DNA from: Mobula hypostoma
Taxonomy: Eukaryota
Assembly (NCBI RefSeq): GCF_963921235.1
Contig: NC_086118.1
Span: 13,952,001 to 14,016,000, forward strand
Direction: 5' to 3'
Length of the DNA stretch: 64,000 bases
The first letter of the stretch is position 1; each line of letters opens with the position of its first letter. Of the stretch, positions 51,795 through 62,259 are shown one piece after another. The notes under the pieces were generated by a model, which was not told the origin of the DNA, searched no databases, and saw nothing but the letters and a program-made list of their open reading frames with translations. The position numbers and the translations under genes were made by a program.

Positions 51795-52350
51795 TTCTTC
51801 TTTTTCCTTTTTTTACTTCTAGTTTGGGAAGATGCATTTAGTTCACTGGCGTATTCTCTTACAAATCTTGAATTTCTCCTTTTACAATCTGATCTCTCTT
51901 GCTTTCCTCATCCACAACATCATCTGACAAATCATCTGTGTTTGTATCTCCTTTCTTTTTGGCCTTCCATTCATCCAGCTGGGTTTTGTTTTTTGCATCT
52001 ACTTTTTGTCTCCCTCTTGAAATTCATACCATAACATTAATGCATGCAGAGTAGGTTCTGACTCTTTATACTCACAAAAGCCAAATGATTGCAACATTCT
52101 TGAACTCTCTTACAGTTTAAAAACAAGCCACATTTTGCAAGTAAATGCCTGGTTAACATATTGGAAGCTTTCTCAGATATATTGCCTAGAAAAACCAGTA
52201 GTCCAACCACTGCTTTCATTACTTTCATGCTTCCTCTAAGCAACATGGTCCTTCCTTGGTCCAATATGCTTTCCAACCAGAGACACAAGAGGGACGCACC
52301 AACTCCTGTTTTTCCTCTGTTGTGGAACAGGTCATGGTGTACACAATGGA
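51795..52350 (-). pseudogene. RBM25: Processed (intron-less) RBM25-like fragment, Pro-rich N-terminus through RRM, disrupted
   Basis: Frames read VSLVGKHIGPRKDH..; VFLGNISEKASNMLTRHLLAKCGLFLNCKRVQ; LQSFGFCEYKESEPTLHAL; VDAK..KTQLDEWKAKKK; VDEE..KRDQIVKGEI; VREYASELNASSQ. They are colinear with vertebrate RBM25 as recalled (VFVGNISEKASDMLIRQLLAKCGLVLSWKRVQ..AFGFCEYKEPESTLRAL..KAQLDEWKAKKK..IREYSSELNAPSQ). Confidence 0.88.
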
Positions 52351-52690
52351 GACAGCTGTGGCATCATTCAGTACTATTCTTAATTCACTTTAGGTTGGCT
52401 TCATTCCAGGGTATGTGGCATGCAAATGGTGGATGGATCTTCAATCAACTTGTATTTAACTCGGCCAATCACATCCCCACAATCTTGGTCCCCCTGTTAC
52501 AAGCTCAAAGTCGCTTGTTTGTAGTTGTATTTCACTGTCATGGATATCATTCCAACAGGATTACTCTTTTCTCCAGTATACATTCTTAGTTGGACACCTA
52601 CGGGCTTCCTTGCAAGGTATCTTTGAAATGCTGGTCAAACTCATTTTGTGGAATGACTGAAACAGCTTAACCAGTGTCCAATTCCATATT

Positions 52691-53402
52691 CAAAAAATGC
52701 TGGTGAATGCAGAAGGCCAGGCAGCATCTACAGGAAGAGGAACAGTCGACATTTCGGGCCGAGACCTTTTGTCAGGACTAACTGAAAGAAGAGACAGTAA
52801 GAGATTTGAAAGTGGGAGGGGGAGGGGGAGATCTGAAATGGTAGGAGAAGACAGGAGGGGGAGGGATGGAGCTAAGAGCTGGAAAGTTGATTGGAAAAAC
52901 GGATACGAGGCTGGAGAAGGGAGAGGATCATGGGACGGGAGGCCTAGGGAGAAAGAAAGGGGGGGATGCGCAGGGGATGGGCAAGGAGTTATAGTGAGAG
53001 GGACAGAGGGAGAAAAAAGAGGAAAAGAAAATAAATAAATAAATAAATAAATAAATAAGGGCTGGGGTATGAAGGGGAGGTGGGGCTTCCCACCCCTTTT
53101 CTTTCTCTCTAGGCCTCCTGTCCCATGACCCTCTCATATCCCTTTTGCCATTCAACTTTCCGGCTCTTAGCTCCATCCCTCCCCCTCCTGTCTTCTCCTA
53201 TCATTTTGTATCTCCCCCTCCCCCTCCCACTTTCAAATCTCTTACTATCTCTTCTTTCATTTAGTCCTGACAAAAGGTCTCGGCCCGAAACGTCAACTGT
53301 TCCTCTTCCTGTAGATGCTGCCTGGCCTTCTGCATTCACCAGCATTTTTTGTGTGTGTTGTTTGAATTTCCAGAATCTGCAGATTTCCTCATGTTTGCAT
53401 TT
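52691..53402. mobile_element. Penelope-type fold-back insertion (two inverted terminal-repeat copies), 14-bp TSD
   Basis: Arms at ~52691-52965 and ~53090-53350 are reverse complements (near-identical ORFs 52697+ and 53345-). TCCAATTCCATATT occurs at 52677-52690 and 53403-53416. A hammerhead-like motif is present in each arm. Confidence 0.9.
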
Positions 53403-56400
53403 TCCAATTCCATATTAATTAGTTTGCCATTCACTTCTGTCATAAACCATGTTACTTGTCTATTATTAGTTTACATATTTTAAATTTCAATGTTACCCAG
53501 TCCTGTGTCACACTCATAATTATCAGATTTTTCATCAACAACATACAGATCAGTGCTCTTTTTGAAACTGCCACTTGACTTTTTATCTTTTTCTCTTCCC
53601 TGAGCAGACTATTAATTTTAGTCTGATTGACATGTGCTTTGTATGTGTCCTATTTTGTTGCATTTTCTACAATATCACATTTAAATCTGGATTGGTCTGG
53701 TGTATGTAAGCCCCCCCCCCCCCCCCACAATGGTAACACAATTTGTTTGGCCAGGTTGGCCTCCATCTAGAATATGCTGCAATTTTGTTTATGTACTCTT
53801 TTGTTGCTGATTGCAACTCAGTTGGTCTCTGTCTATGGTTTCCATTGAAACAGCAATTTCAACTTTTCTTTTAAATGTAAGTTATGCTTCAGTTAGAAGC
53901 TGTTATTGAATGCTTTCTTGTAAGATTCCACAAGCTAAGTGATATCGTAATGTATCATGAAGCTCATTATCGAACTGACAGTGCTCATTCAATCCCCTCA
54001 ATTCAGCCCCGTATGCTGAAATGGACTCCCCTTCTTTTTTATCTTGCTTATGAAACATAAAGCATTCCTCAATCAACAACAGCTTTGGTTCTAAGTGTCC
54101 TGCGTTACTTTGACAATATCAGCAAAGCTCATTTCTGCTGGTTTGGTTGGAGCAGTTCAACTTTGTAGCAAACAGTATGCCTTTAAACCCAATGCACTTA
54201 GCAAATTTGGGTACTAATTTCTCGTTGGCTATTTCATTTAACTCAAGGTGTTGTTGAATTCGCTCAGTATACATATTTCAGTTATCTTTTGTGTAATCAA
54301 ACATGTCTATCTTTCTGATGTAGCCAGCCACTTCTGGTCTTTTATGACCCAGTACTCAATGCTTATGAATCCTAAATTCTTCAGTTTTCTGCCTCTTTTT
54401 AAAAAACAAATTGCGATTATGTCTTCCCTTCCAGAGAACACGTGCTGCACTGCTCAACCATCTCTTACTCAATTTTTTTTTAGTTCGAACATCTTACTGC
54501 GATTCAGCAGGCCGGTAGCCATCTTGGCTCTGTTTTAAAAAATACCTCGTGCCAATATTCAGTTTTGTAACTTCAAAACATTAAACTAATTCTGAAGAAG
54601 ACACAGAAGTCCAGGAATGCGGGTCTAACTTAGAGGTTACTTTAAGCAAGGCATGCACATATCACATGGTAGCATGATGATGTATGCAATTAACATATTT
54701 GTACACATAACCTATATTTAATTATTTAAATGAACAAGAATGCTTAATCAAACAAGATTACTCAAATGATACTGAAATATTAAATGCACTACATCTTCTT
54801 TGGGGGTGTTTTGTACTGTATCAGATCCAAAGTTACAATTATTTTGTTCTCCTTTACACCTGTGTACAGGAAATAGCATTAAACAAAATTCTGTGCTGTA
54901 ATGATTCATCATCTATGAAATGTAAAATTTATACAAAATAATTTATACAAAAAACTATGTGCACAGTTTCTACACTCTTTACTCCACTGTGTAAATGCCT
55001 TTTAAATATTGCCATTGTAGCTGCTTCTGTCATTTCATCTAGCAGCAAGTTCCAGCAACTACCACTCTTTGTCAAAACTTAGATTTCAGATGGCATTAAG
55101 TGGCTTTCTATTATTAAGCATTTTCCCTGGATCCATTCTTAAGCATTTTTTCCAGGTCATGGCAAATAAATAAGCACAGTCAACTATTTTCACTGTGCCT
55201 CCCACTGTAGAGCCTAGACAGCCTATTCTGAGATGCAAGTATAAGGGAAACAAACAGTTGGAAATAATAATACAAATAAACTGTAGATGCTGAAAATAAT
55301 GAAAACAAGAAATACTGAAGATTTTCAGTAAATCAGACAGAATCTATGGAAAAAAGCATCAAATGTGATATTGGATTTGGAAATAATGTCCCTTGTTAAC
55401 ACAAATTCTATTGCATTTCAAGGTGGATGCAAAAGTATCGATTTTTTAAAAATTGGTAATTGCTTTATTATCTAACCTGTTGTAAGATACAAAGAAAAGC
55501 ATTTGTTTGCAAGTCATCCAGACAGATCATTCCATACATAAGTACATTGTGGTACTAGGAAAGGAAAAGTGAGCCAGAATGCAGAATATAGTGTTACAGT
55601 TACAGGAAAGCGCCAAACCTTCCTAAATTGAGGGACCAAGGATTCATCCTTAGCATATTTATTCAAGTCCATTCAAGAGTCTGATAACAATGGGACAGAA
55701 GCTGGCTTGAGCCTGGTGCTATGTGTTCTCAAGCAGTCTGCTTTGAAGGAAATCAGAGAAGTTTTCTCCTGGTGCCATTCAATATTCCTCAGCCATCAAA
55801 CTCAATTCAACCATCTCTTCAATTTTTTTTAACCACGGCCAGACATACTCTCTTTAGTCTCCCTGGTTCAGTTGTTTCGCAGGCCGGGCTGCTGCAACAG
55901 CCCAAGAGATGAAGTGCTGATTCCGTTCATGGTGGATCCTGACAACTCATCCTGAGCACATTGCTTTAATACTGAACAATCCGTGTCTGTCTCTGATCCA
56001 TGGTATTATATAGGTTGTTCAACTGTAATGAATAATTTAAAGATTTAAAAACTGTTAATAAAAATAGAAAATTTCAGACACTTGAAAAAACACTTTTACA
56101 TTCTATACAGTAATTATTAATGTTAAACTCCAGTAAAGAAATCAAAACTAAACTGGTTGAAAACTCAGTTCAAAAGAATGCAGACAAGTTGAGGAATCAG
56201 ATGTGAAATGCACTTAGCTCCCACAAGGTCAGCCTGCTTGCGCTTTGCCCCTAGACACATTGCTAAGTCTAGCAGCAAAGTGAGGGTGCCACCTGCATCT
56301 CATCTTCAATGAGTTCTTGCTGTTCATATTGCAATGGGCAGGCAGGGGAATTCATATGCCTACCACAGCCACGGAAACATTAGCCAAAAATCCTTAAGCC

Positions 56401-56424
56401 TCTGACTTCATCGAGCCATTTAAG

Positions 56425-56775
56425 AAATATAGAAACATAGAAAACCTACAGCACAATACAGACCCTTTGGCCCACAAAGCTGAGCCAAACATATCTTTAC
56501 CTTAAAAATTACCTAGGGTTACCCATAGCCCACAATTTTTCTAAGCTCCATGTACCTGTCCAGGAGTCTGTTAAAAGACCCTATCATTTCCGCCTCCACC
56601 ACCGTCACCGGCAGCCCATTCCACGCACTCACCACTCTCTACGTAAAAACCTTACCCCTGACATCTCCTCTGAACCTGCTTCCAAGCACCTTAAAACTCT
56701 GCCCTCACATGCTAACCATTTCAGCTCTGGGAAAAAGCCTCCGACTATCCACACGATCAATGCCTCTCATCAATT
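56425..56775 (-). mobile_element. CR1 LINE 3' end
   Basis: (catagaaa)n tail and antisense of the RGIDRVD..LFP..GHSFKV..VVSAWNGLP region. Confidence 0.88.
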
Positions 56776-57294
56776 TTCCTCAGTAATACTGATTTTCTTT
56801 GGTTGTTCTCTCTCACTGGACTTGAGATTCCTTACATTTGAATCTGAAGATGGCCTGAAAGTATTTATTCACCTGATCTGTTGTTTCTGTTCCTCTCTTC
56901 CTAACTGAGGGATTTCATTTATATCCATCATTCTAGAAGTTTTCATTTTCAGTTTACGTTCCCTGCACATTGTCCTATATGGATCGAACACTACAGTGGA
57001 GTTCTAAATTAAGCTGGAACTCTGTGATTAAATTGCAGATTAGTAAATTGTGATATCAAGAGTTGAACTACAAAGTAGGCATCTGAAACAAGTGTAAAAT
57101 GATGACAGATCCTGCATTAACATTTCTCAACTGTCAACAGTATGGCTATGCATCACCGGCATTTTGTTTTTCACAGCAAGAACCTGTATCAAATTTTATA
57201 TTAATTTTCATTGTCTTTCTACGGACAGGACTGCAGGACTTACGCATCACTGTTTATGGAATCTTACAGTGCATAATTTTTTGCTGTTACGTTG

Positions 57295-58570
57295 ACCATA
57301 AGACCATAAGACACAGGAGTAGAATTAGGTCACTTGGCCCATCAAGTCTGCTCCGCCATTCAATCATGGCTGATCCTTTCTCCCCCTCCTCAGCCCCACT
57401 CCCCGGCCATCTCCTCAGAGCTTTTTATGCCATGTCCGATCAAGAACCTATCAATACACCCAACAAACTGACCTCCACAGCTGTCTGTGGTATTAAATTC
57501 CACAAATTCACCACTCCCTGGCTAAAGAAATTTCTCGTTATCTCTGTTTTAAATCGATATCCCTCAATCCTGAGGCTGTGCCCTCTTGTCCTAGAGTCCC
57601 CCATCATGGGAAACACCCTTTCCACATCTACTCTGTCTGGACCCTTCAGCATTCGAAAGGTTTCAATGAGATTCCCCCCTCATCCTTCTAAATTCTAGCA
57701 AATGCAGACCCAGAAATATCAAGCATATGATAACCCTTTCATTACTAGAATCATCCTTGTGAAATTCCCCTGGGCCCTCTCCAATGCCAGCACATCTTTT
57801 CTTAGATGATGAGCCCAAAACTGTTCACAATACTCAAGGTGAGGCCTCACCAGTGCCTTATAAAACCTCAGAATCAGATCCCTGCTCTTGTATTCCAGAC
57901 CTCTTAAAATGAACGGTAACATTGCACTTGCCTGCCTCACCACAGGCTCAACTTGTAAGTTAATCTTTAGGGTGTTCTGCACAAGGACCCCCAAGTCCCT
58001 TTGTATCTCAGATTTTGAATTTTCTCCCCATTTAGAAAATAGACTGCACATATATTTCTACTACCAATGTGCATGACCATGCATTTTCCAACACTGTATT
58101 TCATTTGCCACTCTCTTGCCCATTTTCCTAATCTGCATAAGTTCTTTTGCAGCCTGTTTCTTCAACACTGCCTGCCCCTTCACCAATCCTTGTATCATCT
58201 GAAAACTTGGTAACAAAGCCATTTATTCCATCATCTTAATCATTGATATACAGCATAAAAAGAAGTGGTCCCAACACCGGCCCCTGCGGAACACCTCTAG
58301 CCACTGACAGCCAACCAGAAAAGGATCCTTTTATTCCCACTTGCTACCTCCTACCAAACAGCCAATGCTCAACCATGCCAGTAACTTTCCTGTAATGCCA
58401 CGGGCTCTTAACTTGGTAAGCAGTCTCATGTGTGTCACCTTGTTAAAGGTCTCCTGAAAGTCCAAAGGTACAACATCCACTGCATTCCCTTTATTTATCC
58501 TACATGTAATCTCCTCAAAGAATTCCAACAGGTTCATCAGGCAACATTTTCCCTGAAGGAAACCTATACT
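57295..58570 (-). mobile_element. CR1 LINE 3' half (RT to tail)
   Basis: GKCCLMNLLEFFEEIT..DFQETFNKV; YKALVRPHLEYCEQFW; SRTRGHSLRI..NFFSQGVVNLWN. Confidence 0.92.
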
Positions 58571-59611
58571 ACTTTTCAAAAGGTACATCACAGCCATTCG
58601 GTACATTTCCAAGGACATAAAAGGCACCATATAAATGCAAGTTTTTTTTTTAATATGGTTTATTGTCTTCAGCAACAACGTTATTATCCGGCAGATTTTA
58701 ATACAAATCTGAACTTGCAGTTGAGGTCAGTTCTGGTTTGGATGATTTCTTTCCAGCTGGTGTAAACTACTGGCAGAGGACAATAAAGATAAAGATTAAA
58801 GACACCAAGGCCCTAAATCATTTCCTAAAATAAATCTGTCATGCATGCATCATTTCAATTAACACTATTGTAACATATAGACAGGTAGCCATCAGATGCC
58901 TGTTTTCATAACTTGCTATCAGTCAGCAGAATTCCTATCTAAAGGCAGAAAGGTGTGGCATTTTATTGCAATATTTTGTGAAATAATAATTTGGCATTCA
59001 TTTGAGAAATATCCAAATAATGAATGCATAATGTAATATATTACATTTAAGTAATATGCATGGGCTGGGTGTGTAATTGATACCATCTGTTGTGACTATG
59101 GTAACCATAAATACATAAATGTTAATCTGCAACAAAGATTTCCATTTTTATAGATTTTCTAATGAAAAATATTAAGGCCAAGAATGTAAAAGTGATTATA
59201 TTTCAAATAAATGTTAACTTAAAAGATTATTAAGTCCTTAGCACATTAACAAAGATCATTGTGTGTTTTACAACTGAAACAAAATTAGGACAGGTTGAGT
59301 TGATTGACAGCTTTGGTTTGGGATTCAGCATGGTTTGGATATTCTGCTTACATAGTTAAATGGGAAAAGGGACAACTAGTGCACCCAGTCTTCCATTCCT
59401 TCACTGTCAACAATTCACCAAGTCAGCGGTTTCTTTCCTCCCACGGATGCTGCTTGACCCATTGAGTTCTTCCCACAGATTGTGTGTTGCTCCAGATTAC
59501 AGCATCTTGCAGTCTCTCATGTCTCCATTGGACACATCTTTCTGTGCAACAGCAGAGCAAAGGTGTGTTGGAGAGTGGGTCAGATACACTGCACAGCAAA
59601 ATGCTGAGATT

Positions 59612-59779
59612 CCAACCAAAAGAAAATCTGCAGCTGCTGGAAATCCAAGCAACACACACAAAATGCTGGAGGAATTCAGCAGAGAGCTCCTGATGAAGGG
59701 TCTCAGTCTGAAACGTCGACTGTACTCTTTTCCATAGATGCTTCCTGGCCTGCTGAGTTCCTCCAGCACTTTCTGCAGG
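59612..59779. mobile_element. ~165-bp Penelope-type fold-back mini-insertion with TSD
   Basis: ATGCTGAGATT at 59601-59611 and 59780-59790; tgctggaggaattcagcag pairs with ctgctgagttcctccagca. Confidence 0.75.
59686..59722 (+). ncRNA. Minimal type I hammerhead ribozyme motif with intact core (stem I 5' strand damaged)
   Basis: CTGATGA (59690-59696), short stem II, GAAAC-GTC (predicted cleavage after C59717), GACTG; palindromic ACGT stem III. Confidence 0.6.
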
Positions 59780-60974
59780 ATGCTGAGATTTTCAGGGTAG
59801 GTACTGGTAAATTATTTTGTGTTTTTATAATGTCTTTAATTATTTGTTGGCTAGTTAATGCTTTTTAATTGTATTTATATTTTGTTTGATTTTGTTTTAA
59901 TTATTTAAATATGCTTTAGTAGTTTTTAGCTGTCTCTGGCAATCTGAGCCATTTAAAGTTGTAAAAAAGAAGCCTTTGCTGCCCTGTAAGCTACCGAAGG
60001 GTATGAGAGCACCGTAGGCTAGGGTGCCTGGATATGTTTGTTACCTGAGGTCTACTCCTGCCCTATGCCGTCCTGTGAGCCCACTGTCAAGAATGGAGGA
60101 TCAGCTCTTTTAGCCTTCTGCACCCGGAGGCACTCAGTACAAGCTATCCTGGGAGGCTGAGTCCACAGCAGTCTGGCTCATTGATTCACTTTTCCATCCT
60201 TGCATACTTTTGCCATAGCTTAGTTCATTACATTATTGACTGTCTAAGCTTTGTGGGCTCAGTGAACCTAATCCAGAAACATCAGTGCAATATCTAGTCT
60301 AACATTGCAATATAGCACCACAGTTACATAGTACCTATCAAATACAGCTTTCAGGATGGTCTTCTAAATATGATCTGATTAACAAAGAGAAAAAAACAAA
60401 AAAAACAAATAAATCCTATTGCACTATTTCAAAGAATCTAAGTTCTGTCTATTATTATGATTTTCATATAGAGATCTTGTTGTTCATAAACTACCTTTCT
60501 AAGTTTTTCATTGGTTCTTTAGGACCAAGAGGTAGCAAGGGATCCACCTACACATCATCTTTCCCTTATCTGGTTCCATAATTTATCCTCCAATCCCTGT
60601 CTCAATTCTTCCCACTCCTTCCCACACCTGGCTCCATCTGCCCATCTCCCACGACACCCCCGTCACGTGGTTCCACCTATCACCTACCAACCTAGACAGT
60701 TGTGTTCCAAGATCCAGGGAATGCCAGAACACCCAGTGTCTAGGAAGTTTGTTTTTATTAATCCATCCCTACAAATACCAATACAAATTACTAAATGACA
60801 ATAAAAGGGGACTGCGTGTCCTCATAATCATAATCATCATAAATATTGGCAAACCATGGTGTTGTTCTACTAATTTTTCTACTAACCAATTAACAGCTGC
60901 ACAGACAGCCCCCTATATTTGAAAAACATTATTGTTTATTGAATAATGAGGTGAAGATGCTATAGTGTCAACAC

Positions 60975-61270
60975 TGCATGGCTGATATCACACAGTTTCA
61001 ATGAACATGATTCAATCCTGCCCTCAGGTAATTGCTGTGTGGAGTCTTTGACTGCAAGAGGATTTTGTCTGCGTGCTTGGGTTTCCTGCCACATTCAGAA
61101 GAAGATTTAAGTAATCACAATAAATTGTTCCTAATGTATATTCTGTATGAGTGTTACAACCTGGGAAGCGGTGATGGTAATATGGAGAGAATAAAATTGG
61201 ATTAGTGAAGGATTAATGTTTGATGGTTAGCATGAAATTGCTGGGCCAAACAGCCTGTTCTCATTTTGTT
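60975..61270 (+). mobile_element. Decayed V-domain SINE with a CR1-type tail
   Basis: gattcaatcctg B-box remnant, tgtgtggagt, gggtttcctgccacat, and tail tgggccaaacagcctgt. Confidence 0.55.
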
Positions 61271-62259
61271 AATTCTTTGTTTTTTTTAAATCTATTAATA
61301 TAATACAAACCAAACTTGAATATATACCAGATAATGGAGAGTACAATTATCTAAAAACATTTAATTTGAAACATTAGCACTCTGTCTGGAGGTGCTGCCT
61401 GAGTATTTGAGTGTTTCCAAATTTTCTAGTTTTTATTTAAGCTTACGTTACATTTTTGTAGGAAAAAGTAGGATTGGAGGATTGCTGTACCACCAGTCAG
61501 CATGGAACTGATGAGGCAAGTGGCCGCCTCTTCCACCAATTATGATTCTATAAGTTTCGGTAGAAGCCTTTTTGCACTTTTAGTTTGCCCTAACTTTTCC
61601 AATCTGATGCAACCTATGAGAGTAAGTGTAGTAAGCAGCTTGTAGTTTGGCAGGATCAAGACCTGTGAGGTGACTATGGGGAGAAAAGTGGCTGGGAAGA
61701 GGCTTTGGGTTGGTTAGAGGAGATGATATATGCAGAATGTTAGGTAAGCAGAACGTTTTTGGTTCATTCTTTCCAGTAGCTCAATTGAGTAAAAATTCAG
61801 AAGTGATGATTGTTTAGCTGTGATTAGAAAATCAATGGACAAAATGTCAAAGCAAATGAATGTTTAATATAAGATCTGTGGGAGTTTGTTAATGGATATT
61901 TAAAAATCAATGATTATATGATGCTTGGATAAATTGTTGAGTCTCCTGGACTAATAAAGGCTGCCAATGATTTCAATCAAATTATGCAGTCTAATATAAA
62001 TCAAATTCCCTGCATATTAAGCAGGAAAGCATTGTTGGCACTTTGTGTTTAGTGACAACCTAAATAGAACTTGGGCTACTTATAAATTGCATTTTCCGAA
62101 GCAGTTATGTGTGTTTTATAAAATATGATTGAATTGTGCAGTGTTTGAATATGATTTGTGTTGTGATTATGGCTCTTGCCATAAAATATATTGGTTACAT
62201 CTGTGGTGCAGAAGTTAGTTATTGGACAAGTATTGCTGTAGAGCTACCAGGACTTGATG

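Larger units (their letters stand above)
51225..54793 (-). mobile_element. Two-LTR Gypsy (K02A2.6-like) element with gag, protease and integrase tail; RT/RH/INT core replaced by host-derived sequence
   Basis: LTRs at 51225-51469 and ~54556-54793; PBS-like TGGCACGAGG at 54545-54554; PPT AGGGAGGGG at 51470-51478. gag TAPTKPAEMSFADIV..EGESISAY.AEL; protease MELDTG; INT C-tail ending HY.TRVRK. Confidence 0.88.

Noticed and set aside
51795..52350. Functional RBM25 exon cluster
   Set aside because: Frameshifts, stops, no introns or splice sites, and embedded in an LTR element; kept as a retrocopy only.
52697..53345. Pair of near-identical ORFs on opposite strands (MLVNAEGQAAS...)
   Set aside because: Consequence of the inverted repeat; no protein motif.
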